A DNA stretch of 63,976 nucleotides, filler included, from Ministeria vibrans ATCC 50519 (lineage: Eukaryota; Protista; Filasterea), in the NCBI GenBank assembly GCA_943704425.1. It is 6 parts of 6 records of this genome, joined end to end, with 100 filler letters (N's around TTAATTAATTAA, not from the genome) between each part and the next. Parts side by side here need not be neighbours in the genome. Positions count along the whole stretch, not along the records: positions 1 to 23,574 come from CALSCP010001727.1; 5 more parts are not named here. One strand, given 5' to 3'. Each line of letters opens with the position of its first letter. The first letter of the stretch is position 1. This document shows positions 1-12,774 of the stretch, piece by piece. The notes under the pieces were generated by a model. The model did no database searches. It was given only the letters and a program-made list of their open reading frames with translations, and had not been told where the DNA came from. A program made the translations under genes and the position numbers.

Positions 1-73
1 GGGGGGGGGCGTTTTCTTTGGTTCTCTCTCTTTCTTCTGTGACATTGTTTGTCTTCTCCATGTCTTCACTTAG

Positions 74-1036
74 ATGGCCACTCTTCACAAACAATACATC
101 GCTGCAAAGCCATTTCCACACATTTACATTGATAATTTTGTGCCTGCTTCCTTTCTGGAGGACGTTATTCGCTGCGACTACCCCGATCAGGTACCGCCTG
201 CCTCACACTCTGTACTTCAAAGTTGCAATTGGGTTTCATTATTCTTATAGTTTTTCTCTTATCAATATGTTTTAATACTATTTTGTCGCAGTTTCCCGAG
301 GAATACTGTAAAAAGGATGTGCCCGGCACCATCTGCTACCTGGATGGCAAGATGGGCCAGCGTAAACTTCAAATTATGGACGAGACGCTGATGGGTCCGT
401 GTCTGAGGGCACTTTTCTACGTGATGAAATCACAGACATTTGTGGACTTCCTTCAGACGCTGAGTGGCATTCAGGGTCTTGTGGTGGATCCGCGCAACCT
501 AGGCTCAGGTTTGCATCAAACCGGGCGTGGTGGCTACTTGGGAATGCACGCCGACTTCAATCGCCACGAGCGCCTCCAGTTGGACCGGCGCGTCAACACT
601 TTTCTGCTTATGAATCCCGACTGGCAAGACTCGTGGGGAGGCCACTTGGAATTGTGGAACCGCGACATGACGGTATGAGAACGAAATGCGCTTCACACGC
701 ACGACAATTCACACCGAAGCGGTTCTTTTCATCTGACCGTGTTTTTTTGTGTGTGTATGTGTGTTCGTTTCTTTTCAACGCCTTCGACCTATCTTCAACC
801 GCTTTGTTGTCTTCAGCACAACTGACTTTTCGTACCACGGCCACCCCGAGCCCCTCAACTGCCCTCCACACCGCACTCGACGCTCGCTTGCTCTCTACTT
901 CTACACCAACGGGCGGCCCGAGGAGGAGAAGGATTTGAGTGCCGGAGAGGTCCACTCGACGCTCTATGTCGATCGCAAGTGCGAGTCGTGCTCGAAGCGC
1001 ATTTGCCAGGCCTTCACCTACGGAATCGCTGTCTAA
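74..1036 (+). CDS. 2OG-Fe(II) oxygenase (prolyl-4-hydroxylase-like), multi-exon, possibly 5'-partial
   Basis: Exon 74-190 (AKPFPHIYIDNF), intron 191-291, exon 292-672 (GSGLHQ..GGYLGMHADFN = HxD iron ligands; WGGHLELW), last exon ~770-1036 (PIFNRFVVFSTTDFSYHGHP..RRSLALYFY: distal His and 2OG-binding R-x-S). No in-frame AG acceptor is visible for the last intron. Confidence 0.85.
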
Positions 1037-1078
1037 CGGCAGAAGACCACAAAATGAAGCAAAATGCGTTGTTTTTAA

Positions 1079-2731
1079 TTTAGAGAGACATGACTCGAGC
1101 ATCAACCAAGTAGGGGTTGGTTGAGAAATCAGTGCGATCGCCCGCAACGAGACCCGGCACAGGAAACATTCGCGCGGAGAGCGGTTTCTTCAGCTAAGGC
1201 GAGAGAAAGTGAGTACATCAGTGGGGTGGACACACACACTCGCTACTGGCTCGATTAGTCTCTATTAGTCCCAATTTCTATTAGTCTCACTCTCTAATAG
1301 TCTCTCTAATAGTCTCACTCTCTATTGGTCTCTAGTAGTCTCACTCTCTACTAGTAAACAAAGTGATAGAGAGAGAGAGACTAGTAGAGAGTGAGACTAC
1401 TAGAGACCAATAGAGAGTGAGACTATTAGAGAGACTATCACTTTGTTTCTCCCTCCTCTCCCACTTTCTGATTGCGTGGGCAGTGTACACACCTACCTTG
1501 AAAGCCATCATGGCAAGGTCAATGTAGAGGTGCTGGAGGGCCGAGGGGGCGACTGTGCCGGGGACAGGGACACAGTCAAGGCCACAGCCACAAACGGAAG
1601 AGTGCAGCAACAGCTCATACACCGAGACCGGCTGCGTGCTCACGTGCCCAGCCAGCCCATGGTCCTCCAGGACTGGCAGCATCAGCCCGCAATAGCCCAC
1701 TCGCTAGAGACAAATGTGCACCGAAAATTCAAATGTAGATCGGCGTTTGTTTTTGCGGCATACTTTGACAGGAATAGACTTGCACGCCTCGGTGATCATA
1801 CCACTGACGGCAAGTGCGCCGGGATGGCGCAGTCCGCCTGTGCTGCTGCCCGTCAGTGCAGAGTAGGCCAGCATGACACTGGCGTTGGGCTCCCCACCCG
1901 GCGCAATCGACGTGTCAATGCCCCGGTAGGCCCACCCGTCACTAGCCAGCGCCAGTGCCTCGCCGAGCTGCTCCAGCGGCGTCAGATGAGACGTGAGTGA
2001 CTGCGTAAGCTCGTCGAGGAAATACGCAAGCGGCGAGTCGTCGTCAATCTCACTCTCGACGGCTTTACGCTCGCTTGCGTTGGCCGCTGACACAAGAACG
2101 TCGCTGTTTTCGGCGCCCAGAGCAAACGTGCGCTGGCCCAGCGACGCCGAGTGGAAGCCAGCGGGAAAAAACGGACAGCCGGGGGCGACATTGGCGATGG
2201 AGCAGAGGCGGAAGTTGAGGTCGCCCGAGGGAGTCGCGGTGGATGCGGCAAGCACACTCTGCGCCGCAACCAGTGCCATTTCGTTGGCGAGTCGCGGGTT
2301 CTCGCGCGGATCGGGGATCTGGAACGACGACAGCATCGTTGTGGTCTCGTGCACAATGCGGCTCGCCAGGCGGGCCTCGTGCGGCGTCGTGGCCGGTCCA
2401 ATCGAGACGTGCTGCAGCCCGCCGTCAACACACGCCTGGTCCAGCACTTTCGCTATCCTCAGCGCCTCCTCCACATCCTCGGTGGGCAGGTACTCGGAAA
2501 AGGGCTGTGTTGCAATTCTCACGGTTTGAACCTGGGCCACGATGCCACAGGGCAGAGAAGAGACGGGCGTTTGTTTTGGCTTGTGGTGCTTGTGCTTGGC
2601 TGTACCTCAATGTGCGGAGTAAAGTACGTCTTGGCCTTCTCGAGGAACGCTGCCGCTTCCTTAATACGGCGCACGGACTCTTCCGCATCACGGTCGAGAG
2701 TGATGCCCGCAGTAATGGTTCGGAGACGCAT
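1079..2731 (-). CDS. DUF711 / UPF0210-like protein, about 4 exons
   Basis: MRLRTITAGITL start; VQTVRIATQPF; YRGIDTSIAP; GYCGLMLPVLED; SSVCGCGLDCVPVPG; terminal exon LKKPLSARMFPVPG..NPYL ending at TAA (1079). Motifs recalled from the DUF711 family. Confidence 0.8.
1297..1438. repeat. Perfect 59-bp inverted repeat (1297-1355 / 1380-1438) with 24-nt spacer, inside the last DUF711 intron
   Basis: Manual base-by-base reverse-complement comparison of the two arms. Confidence 0.9.
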
Positions 2732-2985
2732 GTGGGAGAAACACAATGAAAATATTGATTTATGAAAAATTGATGGATTTTGAATAGAACCCATATGATT
2801 AACTATTCATTTGTGTTTCACTTGTTCAAGCATCTTCTGACGTAACTGAACAGCGAACACGGCGCAGCGTCATTTCTGTTACCAACTACTTGCGGTGGAG
2901 TCAAATCCCTTTTAATGAGTATGCTTTATAAATACAGTGTCTCTCTCACTTCTCTCCCTCTCCGTCTCGTCGTCTATCTTGGTCG

Positions 2986-4822
<1,837 letters not shown>

Positions 4823-5140
4823 ACCCGAGTAACTTTTCAAATATTTTGACCTTTTTTTTTTTGTTTTCCGAGTGATCGCCGATCGGGATTTTTGACTCGT
4901 TTCACAATTTATTTTCCCCTAAATACAGAAGAACGGATTTGAATGAAACGCACACAGGCGTGTGACACAGTGTCCAGTGACACTGTGACACTTTTGGCTT
5001 CTGGACTTCTGGCCTGCGCAGCCACATTTTGCCTGGTATCGTTTATCAACTATCAATCACACAACAAGTTCACGGACTTCCTGAGCACTACCAGTCTAAT
5101 CATTATTTAATTTATTCATAATCATATGTTGGCACCCGGT

Positions 5141-5370
5141 TCTCCCGTTCCCTTTCGAGGGTCCTCCGGCGCATTGAGCTTGAGGGTCGCCGCAATGGCG
5201 CACTAGGGACTGCCGTGTGCAGGGTCTACCTGTGCCTCCGTGCATTCTTCTCATGTGTATCAGCGGGTCTACGGGCTCCTTTCGGGACATTCTCGTCTTG
5301 AAGTCTACGGCGGAAGTATTGTGCTGCTCTTTGTTTTGTATATAGTTTTGTTTTGACATTGAGTACAGCT
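5141..5370 (+). repeat. Dispersed repeat family, copy 1 (most complete)
   Basis: 5141-5278 aligns to the reverse complement of 26912-27064; 5301-5334 matches 20113-20146 (32/34); related blocks at 27115-27205 and 33955-34118. Confidence 0.85.
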
Positions 5371-5454
5371 CTCGATTCTCTATTTATTTTCCTAATCATC
5401 AGACTTCAGTGAATTTTTCTTTATTGCCCTGTTCTTTGCTTGGCTCAGCTCTCG

Positions 5455-6826
5455 ATGAGCCAAAACTCGACCAATCGCAGACAGTTGGGCGTGAGCGAGC
5501 TGCAGATACTGAAATCGGTTGGGAAGGGCAGGTGCGACGGCCATGGCCTCAACCTGACCACAGCGACCTAACGCAGCCCTCTCTTGCCGTGTTTTGCAGC
5601 TATGGCACCGTGTACGAGGGCCGTCTCAACGGCGAGCCGGTCGCCATCAAGCAGATTTACGACAGGGTGCTGTACGAGGACGAGGCGCAGACGCTGAGGT
5701 GCGTGGCTGTCTCTTACGCGCGTCCCTCTCACTCCCTCTCTCTCTCCCACAGCCAGCTAAGCCACGAGAACATCATTGGCTATGTGGGCGAGTGTGTTGA
5801 TGGCATCACGCGCTATCTGGTCACGCAGTTCGCCCACGGCGGCACCGTCAGCGATCGCTTGCAGGCGAGCGAGCGCATCTCCGTGGCGACCATCTTCAGC
5901 TGGCTCATGCAGCTCGCTCAGGGCGTCGCCTATCTCCACGAGGGACCTGTGCGAGTCATTCACCGCGACCTTAAGACAGACAACCTGCTGCTCACGTCGG
6001 ATGGAGTCTTGAAAATTGCTGATTTGGGAGCATCGCGCGCAGTCCACGCGACAGTGACCATGTCAGTCGCTGGCACGTACAAGTACATGGCCCCCGAAAT
6101 CATCACGGGACAGGCATACAACGAGCGGGCGGACGTGTATTCGTTCGCAGTGGTTGCATGGGAGATGGCGACGCGGCAGGTGCCATACGAGGGCATGCTG
6201 GCGCTGTCCGTCGCCTTTCGTGTTGGCGAGAAGTCTCTCTCGTTGCCCGTTCCCGACGACATGCCCCCGCCCCTCCGCGATATCATTCGCGCCGGCCTCC
6301 ACCCCGAACCCGCTCAACGGCCCTCTATGCGTGACATCATCAATCGTCTCCAAGTCAGTTCTTTTGTCCTTTCTCTCTCTTCCGATCCTTTGTCACTGAC
6401 AGTCTTTTTCTTCTTTTTTCTCTCAGGTGTTTGGCGAGTCTCTTCCGTCAGACGCAGAGTGGCAGTCGCTAGTGCTGCATTGGAAGCAGGCTATTCCACA
6501 CATGTTTGATCAGATTGCGTCGCATCTCGATCTCTTTCCCACTGGCTCCGTGGAGCGCAGAGACTCTTCCGGTACTGTTTCTTCTCCTCCACCTTCTCTT
6601 TCACTGTTTACACACTCATTCTTTCTGTACAGTTGCAGTCTCGCCCTATGGCTCTCCCGCTCCCTATTCCCCTTCTCCCGATCTCCTTCAGCGTGAAATA
6701 TCTCTCAAGGAACGCGAAGAGGAGCTCGCCCGTCGCGAGAAGATGCTCCTTGCCCGTGAACAGGCCTTGGGCGCACACAGTGTACATTCACCACCACCAC
6801 CACTACCGCCGTCGTCAGGGCAGTGA
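5455..6826 (+). CDS. TKL-group Ser/Thr kinase, MLK/DLK/ZAK-like MAP3K, multi-exon
   Basis: Spliced GKGSYGTVY loop, VAIK, HRDLKTDN, DLG, SVAGTYKYMAPE, DVYSF; followed by an MLK-like zipper (WKQAI..FDQI..LKEREEELARREK). Confidence 0.88.
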
Positions 6827-6874
6827 TACTGGAGTGACAGACGAGAGAGAGAGAGGAGGGAGAAAGAAGCAACG

Positions 6875-6966
<92 letters not shown>

Positions 6967-7173
6967 GGAGAAAGAAGCAAGAGTGATAGAGAGTGTTGTG
7001 AGTGAGTTGTTGAGTGAGTTGTTGAGTGAGTTGTTGAGTGAGTTATTGAGTGAGTGAGTTATTGAGCGAGTTTTTTGTGCGTTGTTGTGAATGGATTTGT
7101 TGTGCTGCCGCGATTTGGCGCACATTTTGAAAGTTGTGTGACTTACTCAAAGCCAAAACCATTATTTTGACAG

Positions 7174-7673
7174 GAGAAACGAAAAGAGCGACTGGAAACG
7201 CTGAAAGCGGAATCTCAAGAGAGCGCATCGGCCAAGGCACAGATTGAAAAGGAGCAGTTTTTTGAGGCATTGGACAAGAGTGCGGGACGAAAGCGCAAAG
7301 ACGACCCGCAGTTGCTCCGGAAGACACTGAAGCGAGTGGAAGGGAAGAAGCGAAAGAGTGCGCGCGAGTGGGGGGAGCGCGAGAAAACAGTGGAGACGCA
7401 TTTGAAGAAGAAGGCGCATGACAGGAACACCAATATCAAGGTATGTGCCGGTTTGTGTGTTGTGCGTGTGTTTGAGAGAGGGATTTTTGTGAGATTGTGA
7501 GGTTTAATTGTGAGTGAGTGAGATTGTGATTGTTGCATCGTGTGACTCACACCATTTCTTTCTTTTCTCTACCTTTTTCCGTTTTATTTTAATAGGACCG
7601 AAAGAACGCAAAGAAAGACCGAGCAATGTCAAAGAAAATGGGACTGAAGAAAAAGAAGACAAAGGGATTCTAA
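7174..7673 (+). CDS. SURF6: SURF6/Rrp14-like nucleolar protein, C-terminal two exons only
   Basis: KRKDDPQLLRKTLKRVEGKKRKSAREWGERE...KKKTKGF* resembles the SURF6/Rrp14 C-terminal domain; intron 7441-~7595; no 5' exons found upstream. Confidence 0.75.
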
Positions 7674-7820
7674 AGAAAATGAGCCAAACACGAGATAGAG
7701 ATAGAGAGACTGAATAAAAAAGTATTCTGAATGTTTGTTGAATCGAAAAGAACAAAGATTTCACTCTTTTGTTGGTGTATTGTACAAGAGAAATTAATAA
7801 GAGAGAGAGAAAAGGGGGCG

Positions 7821-8666
7821 CTAATTGTGTTTGTTGGGTTGACTGTTTCGGGCTTTCCAAGAACACACACAGGAGACGAGAAAGGTCGCAAAGCCAAACA
7901 CCTAAAGCCATCCGAGAGTAGTGTTATTGTGTGTGTAGGTGAGTGTGTCTTTGTGTTGTGTGCTTAGAGCTTAGTGTGTGCTTAGAGCTTAGTGTGTGCT
8001 TAGAGCTTAGTGTGTGGGNNNNNNNNNNNNAGAGCTTAGTGTGTGGGGTTGTCAAAAGGCTTACCACTGAGGCAATGAGTTGGCCCGTGGAATCGACAGC
8101 GGCACCGCCTACTGTCAGGTTGGAGATGGACGACGCCCACAGACTCGATGCAACGAGCCATAAGAGCGCACAGGCAAGCGACATGACAAAATCAAGTGTA
8201 GAGAAGTACGAGGGAAGGACGTAGGGCACACTGATGACCAGTGGCAGATAGGTCGCGACGTAAACGAGAGTGAGAATTCCAACACACACAAAGAAGGCGC
8301 TCCGTGCACCGCTGTCGCTCTAAAGATATCCGCAAGAGTGGGACGGAAGAGGTTCCGTGTCGTCCGTGTTAGTCAATACTTGGTGGATGACACAGATCGC
8401 GAGAGTGACAAGGAAGGAGAGAAGCAAAAGAACGAAACGACACAACTTTTCGTGTTGGTACACACAGACACACAGACACAAGTAGAGACCAACCCATTCG
8501 CGTGCCGAATGAACCTTACCATCAAGTTCTCAAACGAGACGTCCTCGCCGGTGGTCGACAGACTGCCTTTCCACGAGAGTGTGGTGGCAAACGCAATGAC
8601 TGCGAAAACACCCTGAAATATTCTCAAAATGCTCACGCCGTCACTCAGTCGTCGAGCCTCCAACAT
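7821..8666 (-). CDS. Synaptophysin/synaptogyrin-like MARVEL tetraspan membrane protein, 3 exons
   Basis: Four hydrophobic helices: LRIFQGVFAVIAFAT; SAFFVCVGILTLVY; LDFVMSLACALLWLVASSLWA; LIASV|VFGF. Each parallels a physin motif (FAIFAFAT, AEFFVTV, DF..WLVSSSAWA, LNTSVVFGF). Confidence 0.75.
7962..8045. repeat. 18-bp intronic minisatellite (GCTTAGAGCTTAGTGTGT)n spanning a small N gap
   Basis: Directly visible tandem units. Confidence 0.85.
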
Positions 8667-8894
8667 GGCGATGCGAATATGGGAGAGAAATAAATTAAAA
8701 AGAGATGAAAAAAATGTGTGTGTGAAAATGATCATAAGAGTGAAAACGATTGAGTCGAATTTTGCTTGATCGTTGTGAAAAATAAAGTGAATTGACCGGG
8801 TAAGCGAGGTCAAAGTGCCATTCTTGAGCCGTGCAATCTTACAAATATTTGTAATTTGACCACGCCATTGCGCAAAAAAGAAAATAAGAAAATA

Positions 8895-10089
8895 CTATTG
8901 CAATATACAGTGTGCGAGCGTCTCAGGCAACACAGAGCCACGCACAGCGCCATGGACATTGGAGCATGTGGGCTTTTTGTTCTCAGGTTCAGTGATCACA
9001 TTGAAGAGAGTGACGTTGCGACAGGGTTCGTCAGAAGTGCACTCGAGGGTGGAGCCGTCGTGTGAGAGTGTGGCGCGCACCGAGTCGAACAAAATGTGGT
9101 CGATGGCCGCCGAACCACTGTCACTACTACTACTTCTGCTGCTGCTGCCAGTAAGACTAGAGCTGACGCTGTAGGCGCCAGTAATGACCAGTGGGTGCTT
9201 CACATTGGTCATGGTGATGTTCTGGAACGTAATGTCAGTCACACGTCCACCGCTGTAGCCCTTGGATGTTTTGATGCGACATCCATTGTCGGTGCCGTTC
9301 ATCACAATGTTGCGGAAGGTCACGTTGCGCACCAGCGTGTCTGTGATGGAGCCAATTGAAGCACCGTGCCCCGTGCCAAAGTAGCAGTTTTCCACGAGTA
9401 CGTTGCTTGCGGGGCCTTTGACAGCGACATTGTCGTCGCCACACTCCAAGTGACAGTCGCTAATGTGAATGTTGTTGCCGGCCGGGTCGATGCAGTCGAG
9501 GTTGCGGCTCGACGACGTGTATGGGTTCACAATGGTCACATTGGAGATGCGCACGTTGTCGCACGGCTTGGGCACCAGCGTGAGCTTGGCCGAGTTTTGC
9601 AGACGGACGTCGCGCACAGTGACTGTGTCACACTTGTACAGGTATATGAGATAGGGGTGCGAGTGCGTCGACGACTGGCTCCACCAGGCACTGCCCGAGC
9701 CATCAATGGTGCCCGTGCCCGTGATCCCAATGGCGGTTTTGCTCTCTGCATAGATGAAGCGCGGCGTCGAGTCGCGGTACAGCGTCTTGTCGGGACTCGC
9801 CAGGAGCAGCGCACCCTCGTCCAGACGGAGCTCAAGGTGGTTGCATGCAAACGAAAAAGGGTTGGACGTCCACGTGCCGGAGGGGACGAGAACCTACGAG
9901 AAGAAGGAAGGAGACGAGTGAGGGAAGAGCGCATTTGTTTACGTTTCGGACTTGTCCACCGCCAAGAGCACAGCAGGCTTCCATGGCCAGCGTCACATTG
10001 CCCTTGTGGTCGGCTATGCTACACACATTACTACCAGAGGCCAGGGTGAGCAAGAGAGGGACAAGGAGCGAGAGGGACACGCCAATCAT
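8895..10089 (-). CDS. Secreted GH28 polygalacturonase-like glycoside hydrolase, 2 exons
   Basis: Signal peptide MIGVSLSLLVPLLL; GH28 motifs NLD (NTD), GDD, GHG, RIKT; beta-helix repeats (VRNVTFRNI, VTDITFQNI); intron ~9894-9951. Confidence 0.9.
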
Positions 10090-11343
10090 CAAAAAGCGAT
10101 AATTTATTTGGATTTAGTCCAAAATATTAGTTCTTGAAGTTTGGAAATCAAAAATTCTCTGTCAAGGACGTGTCTCTGTAGTCACTGGTCACACGTGTAG
10201 CGGTTAAATATTCTGAATTTCTGTTAAGAATTTTTTAAGGAGTGCGATATGGTAAATCTTGCACTTTGAAACTGATCGCAGATCCAACTCATCCAAGCGC
10301 GACTTTAAACTGAAACTGAAACTGGGGATTCCAAGTCGATTCCCACCGTTGGTGTGGGCGCCTCGAATGATGCCTTTGACGACTCGAGAATGAGGACCAA
10401 TGTTGTTGTCGATGACCAAGACAGCGCCTTCAGTGAAGAGGAGGAAGACGAGGAATAAGACGAAAAAGAAGACGAGGAGGATTTTTACGTACAATTGATT
10501 GATTTCCACGCAAGACGTAGAGTTTGACTCAACTGTGAATTATGAACGAAGCAGACGCCGTAAGACACTAGACTGACTTGAGTCAAATGGTAATAGCTAT
10601 TAAGATTTAAGAGGTAGGTAGTAGTGTTACAGCTACAGCTTCACTGTAAAGAATCATTCTACGTATAAAATCATGTTGAAAAGTCCAAACCCAACACATA
10701 GACCATAGTCAATTGAAACGCGTCCGTCCGTCCTAGCCCCTAGAGACTGCGTAAAAACAAAAGGAAGACATCTTGCATGATACAACACACCAAACAGGTT
10801 TTCTTTTCTTTCTTTCTCTACGCATTGCTTTTGACTGCATCTTCCACAGTGGCAGTCTTATCACGACTCACTGCGCCATCCAGCGATACCAGATACTTAA
10901 TCATCGCCACTAGCTTCTCCGCAAGCACAAACCCTTCTTCATCCTTTCCCAGTTCCACCGCTGTTTCGAATTCCACGAAGTTTCCTGCCCTGTCAATCCA
11001 GCGGAAAAAAACACCTTGAAAACGTTCGTTTTAGCATTACTCTTGTACTCATACAATTTTCTCGCACTCGCCACTCTCACTATAGACGCTATTTAATTTT
11101 TGCGAACTTTTGCATTCTTACTCAAGAAAAACGTAACCGGGAGTCTCGGTAAATTCCCTTTATTTTAGTATTAGAGGGAAATTCCCGCCCGTTTTTGTTT
11201 GGGTGAGACCTTATTATTAGAGTTTAGAGTTTAGATCTTTCACTTTTTTTCTGTCATAACATTGTACTCTACTCAAACGCACAGTACGCCGAGTCGCCGA
11301 CGCACTTTTCCACTCCGAAGAAGTCAACCCAGTAGCGATCGTG

Positions 11344-12531
11344 ATGTCTGAGCCGTCGAATTCCAAAGACGCCACCATCGACGATGTAGGCACCAGTAGC
11401 TGTGGGATTGTTGGTCCCACGATGCGTGCTGCACAGTGTGCAGCGCTTGCGCGCCCCGTCGAGGAGGTCCTTACTGTGGAAGATGAAGTTGCGACACCGG
11501 ATTTCGACCCGACAACAAAGGGCTTCGCACTGGTTCGCGTTCTCGCCTGTTCACTCGCCCCAGGGGACCCTCGCGTGCTAAGTGGTCGCACACGTCGCTT
11601 CCAAGGGCCACCTGCGTTCCCTTATATTCCCGGAGGGGATTTGTGCTGTGTTGTCAAAGCAGTTGCTGAAGGAGAAACGGCCGTGAGTGTCGGAGATACC
11701 TTGGTGGCACAGTTCCACCAGAACCGCGGGGGACTTGCAGAGTATGCAGTCGTGCGCACGGACTTCTGCGCACCCAAGCCTGCCGGCCTTACGTCCGCAG
11801 AGGCGGCTGCGACTGCTTCTAGCGGCACAACAGCAATGATCGTGGCACGCCACATCCAACACGGCGACCGGGTCCTAGTTCTCGGTGGCGCTGGTGGCGT
11901 TGGCACGTTCCTGGTTCAGCTAGCAAGGGCTCGAGGGGCCTCCTTTGTTGTTGCAACGTCAACGCAGGCAAAGCTCTTGCACGACCTGGGCGTTGACGAA
12001 GTTGTGGACTACCGCGACACCGATGTGTGGACCTTGCCGCGGTTCCAGACACCTGAAGGCCGTTTTGACGTTGTTGTGGATTTGGTAGGGTTGGGGTGGG
12101 AGCGCGTGACCTCGGCACAACCCGGTGCGTCCATCGTGCGGTCAGCGTCGGAGGGCGGTCGCTTCTTGACACCAGTGGTGCCCCTCGGGAAATGGTTCGA
12201 CGTCAACACAGTGGGGCAGATCGCGTGGTTGATGTTTCGCATGCTCGCGCGCAAGTTGGACACAACCCTTTTCAGGTTTTTGCACCGGCAACGACCGTTT
12301 CACACCACCGTGCAAGGAGTGGGCTCCACGACGAATGTGCATGACACTCTGACTGAATTGTTTGGGTACATTGAATCGGGCGACGTTCAAGTGGTCTTGC
12401 ACAACGGATCGGCAATGGAGTTGACCACAGAGGGCGTGCGGGCTGCGATGACAGTGCAGCAGAGCGACCATGCCCATGGGAAGGTGGTAGTACAGCTGTC
12501 ACGCGACGATGCAGTGCTTTCGAGTGAATAA
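11344..12531 (+). CDS. MDR-superfamily NAD(P)H quinone oxidoreductase / zinc-independent ADH-like, intronless
   Basis: FPYIPGGD, GGLAEYAVV, Rossmann VLVLGGAGGVGT, GVDEVVDY, C-terminal HAHGKVVV. Confidence 0.9.
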   Translation: MSEPSNSKDATIDDVGTSSCGIVGPTMRAAQCAALARPVEEVLTVEDEVATPDFDPTTKGFALVRVLACSLAPGDPRVLSGRTRRFQGPPAFPYIPGGDLCCVVKAVAEGETAVSVGDTLVAQFHQNRGGLAEYAVVRTDFCAPKPAGLTSAEAAATASSGTTAMIVARHIQHGDRVLVLGGAGGVGTFLVQLARARGASFVVATSTQAKLLHDLGVDEVVDYRDTDVWTLPRFQTPEGRFDVVVDLVGLGWERVTSAQPGASIVRSASEGGRFLTPVVPLGKWFDVNTVGQIAWLMFRMLARKLDTTLFRFLHRQRPFHTTVQGVGSTTNVHDTLTELFGYIESGDVQVVLHNGSAMELTTEGVRAAMTVQQSDHAHGKVVVQLSRDDAVLSSE

Positions 12532-12643
12532 TAAGTAATTTATATAAATTGTTTTTCATTTTTCTTCTTAATTATATTACTTCGTTATTGTCCGCCATTT
12601 TTGAAATTGAGTACGCACTTTCTCATGCTCAAACAAAATCAAC

Positions 12644-12717
<74 letters not shown>

Positions 12718-12774
12718 CTCTCTTCCACTTTGTTTCTTTCTCCCTTCTCCTTCGCTTTCTCTCTCTTTTCTTAG

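Noticed and set aside
10204-11120. Possible multi-exon gene on the minus strand
   Set aside because: Splice-like signals and short open stretches exist, but I could not build a consistent frame or recognise a product.
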